Shown here: positions 58,550 through 64,000 of the stretch, piece by piece
Position numbering within the stretch: the first letter of the stretch is position 1
Layout of the letters: each line of letters opens with the position of its first letter
Position numbers and translations under genes: made by a program
The notes under the pieces: model-generated
Told to the model about the DNA's origin: nothing
Seen by the model: only the letters and a program-made list of their open reading frames with translations
Database searches by the model: none
Assembly (NCBI GenBank): GCA_964016885.1
Contig: OZ024759.1
Coordinates: 33,480,001-33,544,000 of the forward strand
Origin: Eledone cirrhosa
Lineage: Eukaryota
Length of the DNA stretch: 64,000 nt
Reading direction: 5' to 3'

Positions 58550-59340
58550 CAATGGATATTATTTGCGAGATATAGTTTATACAGACGACGTTGGAGCGAT
58601 AAACTGCTTTGTTACATATTAGTATCACTTTGTTTATATCAAAGTCATTTATTCAGAATTTAAACAATTCCTTGATAAAATATTTCGATATATAGATGGC
58701 GAATTTCAGTTCAACTATACAAGAATGTCTAATGTCGGACTACGATCAAAGAGAGAGGCCGAATTTATTTGCGTCGTTTTAATGCTGAAAATAAGTAGGC
58801 ATTACAGCAGTTTCCATTCTGGTACCAGGGTTCCAGTTTGAATATTATCCTTATCGTAAACAAGCTGAATAAAATAGAATGGTTAACCAGAGATATATAG
58901 CTCTGAATAGAAGCTATTCAATCTTCACAGACATCAACTAAAGAGCCATGACTTTTAGAATTTCTATATCAATAGATAGCAGAAATCTATTCGGCAGTTA
59001 TCTCGGAAAATCAAATGGACACGAAGTATCCGTGAAATAATAATTTTAACATCCGTTCTTTACATTGCCTCTATTTAAATAAACATAAAACTAATATTGA
59101 AATGCCTCCATAGATTGTTCAGTCTTGTGTAGAATAAGTCGGGGAGGGAAATATGAAAAGGAAATGAATTTCTTCAATATAGGATCGAATAATCATTTAT
59201 CTAACGTCGTGCTCCCAGTAAGGATAAAGGATATTGCGATTGGGCTCTGAGGTCAGCAGGCATAGACAGAAACTGAGAAAAGGTGTATACATCTACAGGA
59301 ATTTATTTAATATACATTCCATACATCAATGAACGTATAT
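58550..59340 (+). pseudogene. Possible decayed Penelope-like reverse transcriptase
   Basis: Motifs in the expected order across frameshifts: YTDD (58578), FLD..I...DGEFQF (58668), NG*P for NGYP (58878), IPYI (59316). The last spacing is longer than usual. Confidence 0.4.
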
Positions 59341-59355
59341 TTATTTATCAATTTA

Positions 59356-59441
<86 letters not shown>

Positions 59442-59781
59442 CAAAGATATGCATGCATGGTCTTGCACGACCAACACCGCTTACAAGTATAACCCACATC
59501 TATACACGTGTTTTATACACATAAATACATATACACTCACACACATATGTACATATAGATACACGCACACATATATACAAGTATATATACATATATATAC
59601 ACACATATACACACGTATATATACATATATATATACACACATATAAACGTATGTATATATACATATATATACACACACACATATATACATACGTATATAT
59701 ACATATATATACACACATATATATACCTATATACATATATTTATCTATATACACATGCATATTTACAGATTTATATATAAA

Positions 59782-59846
<65 letters not shown>

Positions 59847-60308
59847 ATGTCTGTAAACTGGTTAGATATCAAAGGACGTAAAGAACCTTCAATCGATAGG
59901 TCAGATAAATCTATGCTCCAGCTACTCTGCTAATCAACCACATACACACCACGACAATCTTCCCTTTGAACCGCGTTCAATCAATTTGGATATCTATCTA
60001 TATATTGTATCTATTACTTACCTAAATAAATATCTACTTAACCTATCTATCTCTCTATCTAACCATCTATCTACCTCACAGTCTATGTATATATAATATT
60101 ATTTGGACGGACACACGTATACAATCACCTTTATATCGTGTATATCGTATATCTATCTATATCTCTCTCTATATATAGAGATAAAACGAGAGAGAGAGAG
60201 AGAGAGGGGGGAGAGGAACCATCATATACCATGAGTCTTTAATTGTCTGGCTAAACTTAATCACACGGTGGAAGCTTTAGATTACCAGGGTTATCGAATT
60301 TAACAATC

Positions 60309-60342
<34 letters not shown>

Positions 60343-60644
60343 GCAGAGGAAAGAGGAATACATGGTCCTGTAACTAAGAAAAGTATGAGACAAACTGGGA
60401 TTGTATTCAACTACAATAGTAAAGAAAATATTAGCATATCGAGAGTAAATGATTTTAGAAACAGGAATACTGAAAGAGGATAAATTACAACAGTAAAACC
60501 CAAAATAAAACAGACACTCATCAGTAGCTACTCATTGTCGGATACCACCGGGTATTCCCTCGGTTATTATTTGGACTATATTGCAGTCTCCATTCCATGC
60601 TGTAAACACGAGCGATAGCCCTACGACCTGTCCTGGTAGGCATC

Positions 60645-60795
60645 GGATGGACGCACACATTTTGCGTATCCCGAAACTCCAAAGAGGATCCGGGAAGGAG
60701 AAAACGTTAACAGTTTGGAACCTGGAGCATCTCAGCTCCTACAGGTAAGGAGCAGGAACTCGTGGATGAAGCATGTTGCTACAGGCTAGGACGAT
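60645..60795 (+). mobile_element. RTE (Expander-like) AP-endonuclease N-terminal fragment
   Basis: 60714-60791 reads FGTWSISAPTGKEQELVDEACCYRLG, matching GTWNVxSLxGKExELVxExxRYRLD. Confidence 0.75.
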
Positions 60796-61684
60796 TGAAA
60801 CAGTGATACAACTTACACTGCTGAAGATGGAAAAGTTACACAGTTAAATAAAGAAAAAAAGTCACACAGACATATTTAGGTGAACAATCAGGTTGTCCAA
60901 TTCCCGAACCAGGTCACATGGAAATCATGGACGATGCTATATAACTTTACAATAAATCATTGATGGAGAGAGAGAGAGAAAAAGTGAACATCTTTTTTAG
61001 TTAACTTTCTTTGGTCAGCCTTGATGAAAGAGAATACCACATTTTGTCTTGAAGCTAAAATTGTATTATCCAATTTTCTCATATTGTAAAAGCAGAGAAA
61101 GATTCCGTTGATATTTCTAACGTTAAGGTTACCCATCTAGAGACTTCATCCTTAGCCACTTATTCACCAGTGGCCGTAACATAAAGAGTTTTGAGAGATA
61201 AATTACCACAAGACCCATTACATAGAGAGGACTTAGTTTTGTTAGCAATTAGCTTTCAACCTCTACGGAAAACACAAAGATAGAAGCTATATAAGATAAG
61301 AAATGCGTGCAACAGGAAACTTGTGAAAGCCATGTTTATCTCAATGACATTAACAGCGTGAAACAAGTATTTCAAACCGGATTTCTTAACCGGGTCTGAA
61401 GCGCCCCCTCTGGAGAATTTTAGTGTTGAAATATATATTTTTGCCGCTTCCTCTTTAATTCAATAAATATTTCTTACTTTGGCAGAAAGCCATAAATTTG
61501 TAAACAAACTGTGTATTCCATTGATTGGGCGACAATACGTATCAGTTTCGTATTGTATGGAGTCCTGAGGGGGTACGAATGGCCGAAATAGTACTCCACT
61601 GGGGCTTGAAATTGTAACATAGGACGATGTCTAAGTAACAACACTTACTAATAATCAATGTTATTTCATGTTTTAGGGACATAC

Positions 61685-62177
61685 ATTGGCAGTATGGTCG
61701 GAACACCAGACAAAATATTTTGTGGTATTTAGTTAGGACATTTCACCTTCTGAGTTCAAATCCCTGGGTCTCTTGCCGGTAGATTTGGCCCATAAAATCT
61801 GTCCAGCGATTCTATCATGTGGTTAGAATGTCTCAGGAAAGAATCGCTGGACATTTTTTACGGGCAAAACAAAACGACAGGAGACCGCAAGCAAGATTGT
61901 TGGATAATATCCAGGAGCTTGCCTGGTCTCCTTTAGGGAATCCAGCTGGATCAGTTGAAAATAGTTGCTTATGACAGGACCTCCTGGAATGAGTGTTTGA
62001 GGTCTCTTCTCCCATGACCTTCTCAAAACTAAGTGGGCAAAGAAGAAGTGTTCAAATCCCACCGAGGTCAACTTTGTATTTCGTCCTTTCACAGACGTTA
62101 AAATAAGTATCAGGCCATTATATATATGACGATTTAATCAAATTTCCCATGAACATTGTGCCTAAAGTAGAAATAAT
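61685..62177 (+). mobile_element. SINE split at its B-box by an RTE insertion
   Basis: Head 61685-61764, body resuming 62050-62177; GTTCAAATCCC duplicated at 61754-61764 and 62050-62060. Confidence 0.85.
61765..62049 (+). mobile_element. 5'-truncated Expander-like RTE with an inverted 5' duplication and 11-bp TSD
   Basis: HVVRMSQERIAG...RPQARLLDNIQELAWSPLG / IQLDQLKIVAYDRTSWNECLRSLLP, then an AAGAAGAAG tail; 61767-61813 is an inverted copy of 61840-61886. Confidence 0.88.
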
Positions 62178-62191
62178 TTTTATACGGAAAA

Positions 62192-62403
62192 AGGCGGTGG
62201 TTTGACAATATCATTACAGGGCTGGACACAATATGTGGTGTGTAGCTGCGATTTTTACATTCTGACTTCAAATCCCATTAAGGTCAACTTTGCGTTTTAT
62301 CCTTTCAGAGTCGATGAAATAACTACCAAGGCTGTACTGGGGGTTGATTTAACCGGATTTCTCCTTTCCCACAATTAGTTGTCTTGTGCCTAAAGTAGAA
62401 ATC
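62192..62403 (+). mobile_element. tRNA-derived SINE (diverged); another SINE head follows at ~62421-62495
   Basis: GGCGGTGG head, TTCAAATCCC, TTTATCCTTTCAGAGTCGATGAAATAACTACCA core, TTGTGCCTAAAGTAGAAA tail. Confidence 0.85.
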
Positions 62404-62936
62404 ATTTTTATACAAAAAAAGGTGGGGCTAACACACGCGGTAGAGCGTCGGACAAAATGTTTAGCAGGATTTAGTTACGACTATTTTACCTTCTAAGACG
62501 TGTGTGTGTGTATGTGTGCGTGTCCACATATGTATATATATATTTATATATATGTGTGTGTGTCTGTGCGAGGGACCCACATCTAGTGGCACGTCAAAAC
62601 CAGATCGATAAAATATATATATATACTAGTCATGAAAGAATAAAGGACTAAATCCCATCAAAATAATTATAGTAGAAGAAAAATAATATAAAATAAAATA
62701 AAATAAAATAAAAACCACCTTAATAAAACCATCTTTCTTTTATATAAAAACGTCATGTTTGAAAAGTGTAAAACTTGATGACGTTTCTTCCAACATGTGT
62801 TTAATCCTTATGGTATTACTTCGCTAATATTTAATACATTCTATGACAGCAGACAATATATCTGATAGATACAAGCGAGAGAAAATACTTAAGAAAAACT
62901 TGTAAATAGCGTTAGAACAACTGTAATTGTCATCAG

Positions 62937-63032
62937 AATTTGTTGCGGTCAGAATTCATTGTGGTAATAATTTATTGTGGTCATTATTTATGGCGGTCAA
63001 TATTTATTACGATCATAAATTATTGTAGTCGA
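62937..63032. repeat. Diverged 16-bp tandem repeat, 6 copies (consensus AATTTATTGYGGTCAN)
   Basis: aatttgttgcggtcag / aattcattgtggtaat / aatttattgtggtcat / tatttatggcggtcaa / tatttattacgatcat / aaattattgtagtcga. Confidence 0.85.
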
Positions 63033-63459
63033 AGGTCATGTGATAAATGGAAATAAATCGGCCTGATATTTTCTTGTTCGTAGATGTTAACAGATAATTC
63101 GTTCCCTATTAATTACTAAAGTGGCTGGTGAGTATACATACACCACCAACTACATATATACATACACCCCCATATGCATATACACCACACACACACATAT
63201 ATATACACTCCCACATGCATATACACAAGACACACATTATATATATATATATATACACACATACACACATATATATATATATATATATATGGCAACGGTG
63301 TGTAACGCTGGTTTACTGCAGTTATCCTCAAGAAGCAGGATGTTAATAATATTAAAAGGATCAGACACAAAGAATATCTCTCTGTCTATATATATATATA
63401 TATATTTGAAATACGTATAACAAAATAAATAGGAATGTACAAATGAAACCGTCTTTCTT

Positions 63460-63539
<80 letters not shown>

Positions 63540-64000
63540 CATGTGTAAAAATGAATAAAATATATAGTGCGAATTCAAATTACGTCAACAAGTTTCAAAT
63601 TTCTTCTTGTCTCAACAATCATAGTGAGAAATCAATTCATCCCAGTGATGACTTAACTGGAATTGATCCAATCTAGGGCCTTCCCACACCATTGGAGTAA
63701 CATCTCCCTGGTTGTCTTCCACCGCTTTCTGTTTAATTTTGGCGAGTTGTATGTGGTTGAGGCTATATAACCCACAGTTGGAGTTGGATGATCGTTGACT
63801 CTCAGGAGTTCATCTGATATATTAACAGCTTTTGATTTTGTTCTGCTGGGGTCCCACTTATCCTTGTTACTAGACTAGGGTTTCGTAGGGAGAGGGTTTA
63901 GTTTCCCACCTCTCGACCCTGTAGCAGGTCGTATTGGGTTACATGGCACCAGAAACCATGAATTAAAATTTTAGCTTTAAAAAAAACTAGTTTGTCGTAA

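Overview
Very AT-rich, microsatellite-dominated eukaryotic non-coding DNA. The SINE family and the multi-kb (TA)n/(TACA)n tracts suggest an octopus or other coleoid genome (inference). I can support no intact protein-coding gene: nearly all ORFs in the supplied track are translations of (TA)n, (CA)n, (GA)n or (CAA)n repeats. The interpretable content is mobile DNA: more than 12 copies of a tRNA-headed SINE (including a tandem trimer), six RTE-clade LINE fragments, two copies of a 99-bp Tc1/mariner-type MITE, and several Penelope-like (PLE) remnants lodged in TA tracts. The most interesting signal is a set of hammerhead-ribozyme (HHR) motifs. There is one textbook minimal type I HHR (54197-54256) and two sequence-unrelated HHRs whose stem II is a 90-105 nt rod-like hairpin closed by the same C.A mismatch (4344-4483 and 21011-21130, both minus). 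There is also an 89-nt near-perfect palindrome built from the 3' half of an HHR (46518-46606). A 16 x 38 bp minisatellite (32872-33479) is the amplified 3' terminus of the adjacent LINE. All structures were read by eye; coordinates of degenerate repeats are approximate.
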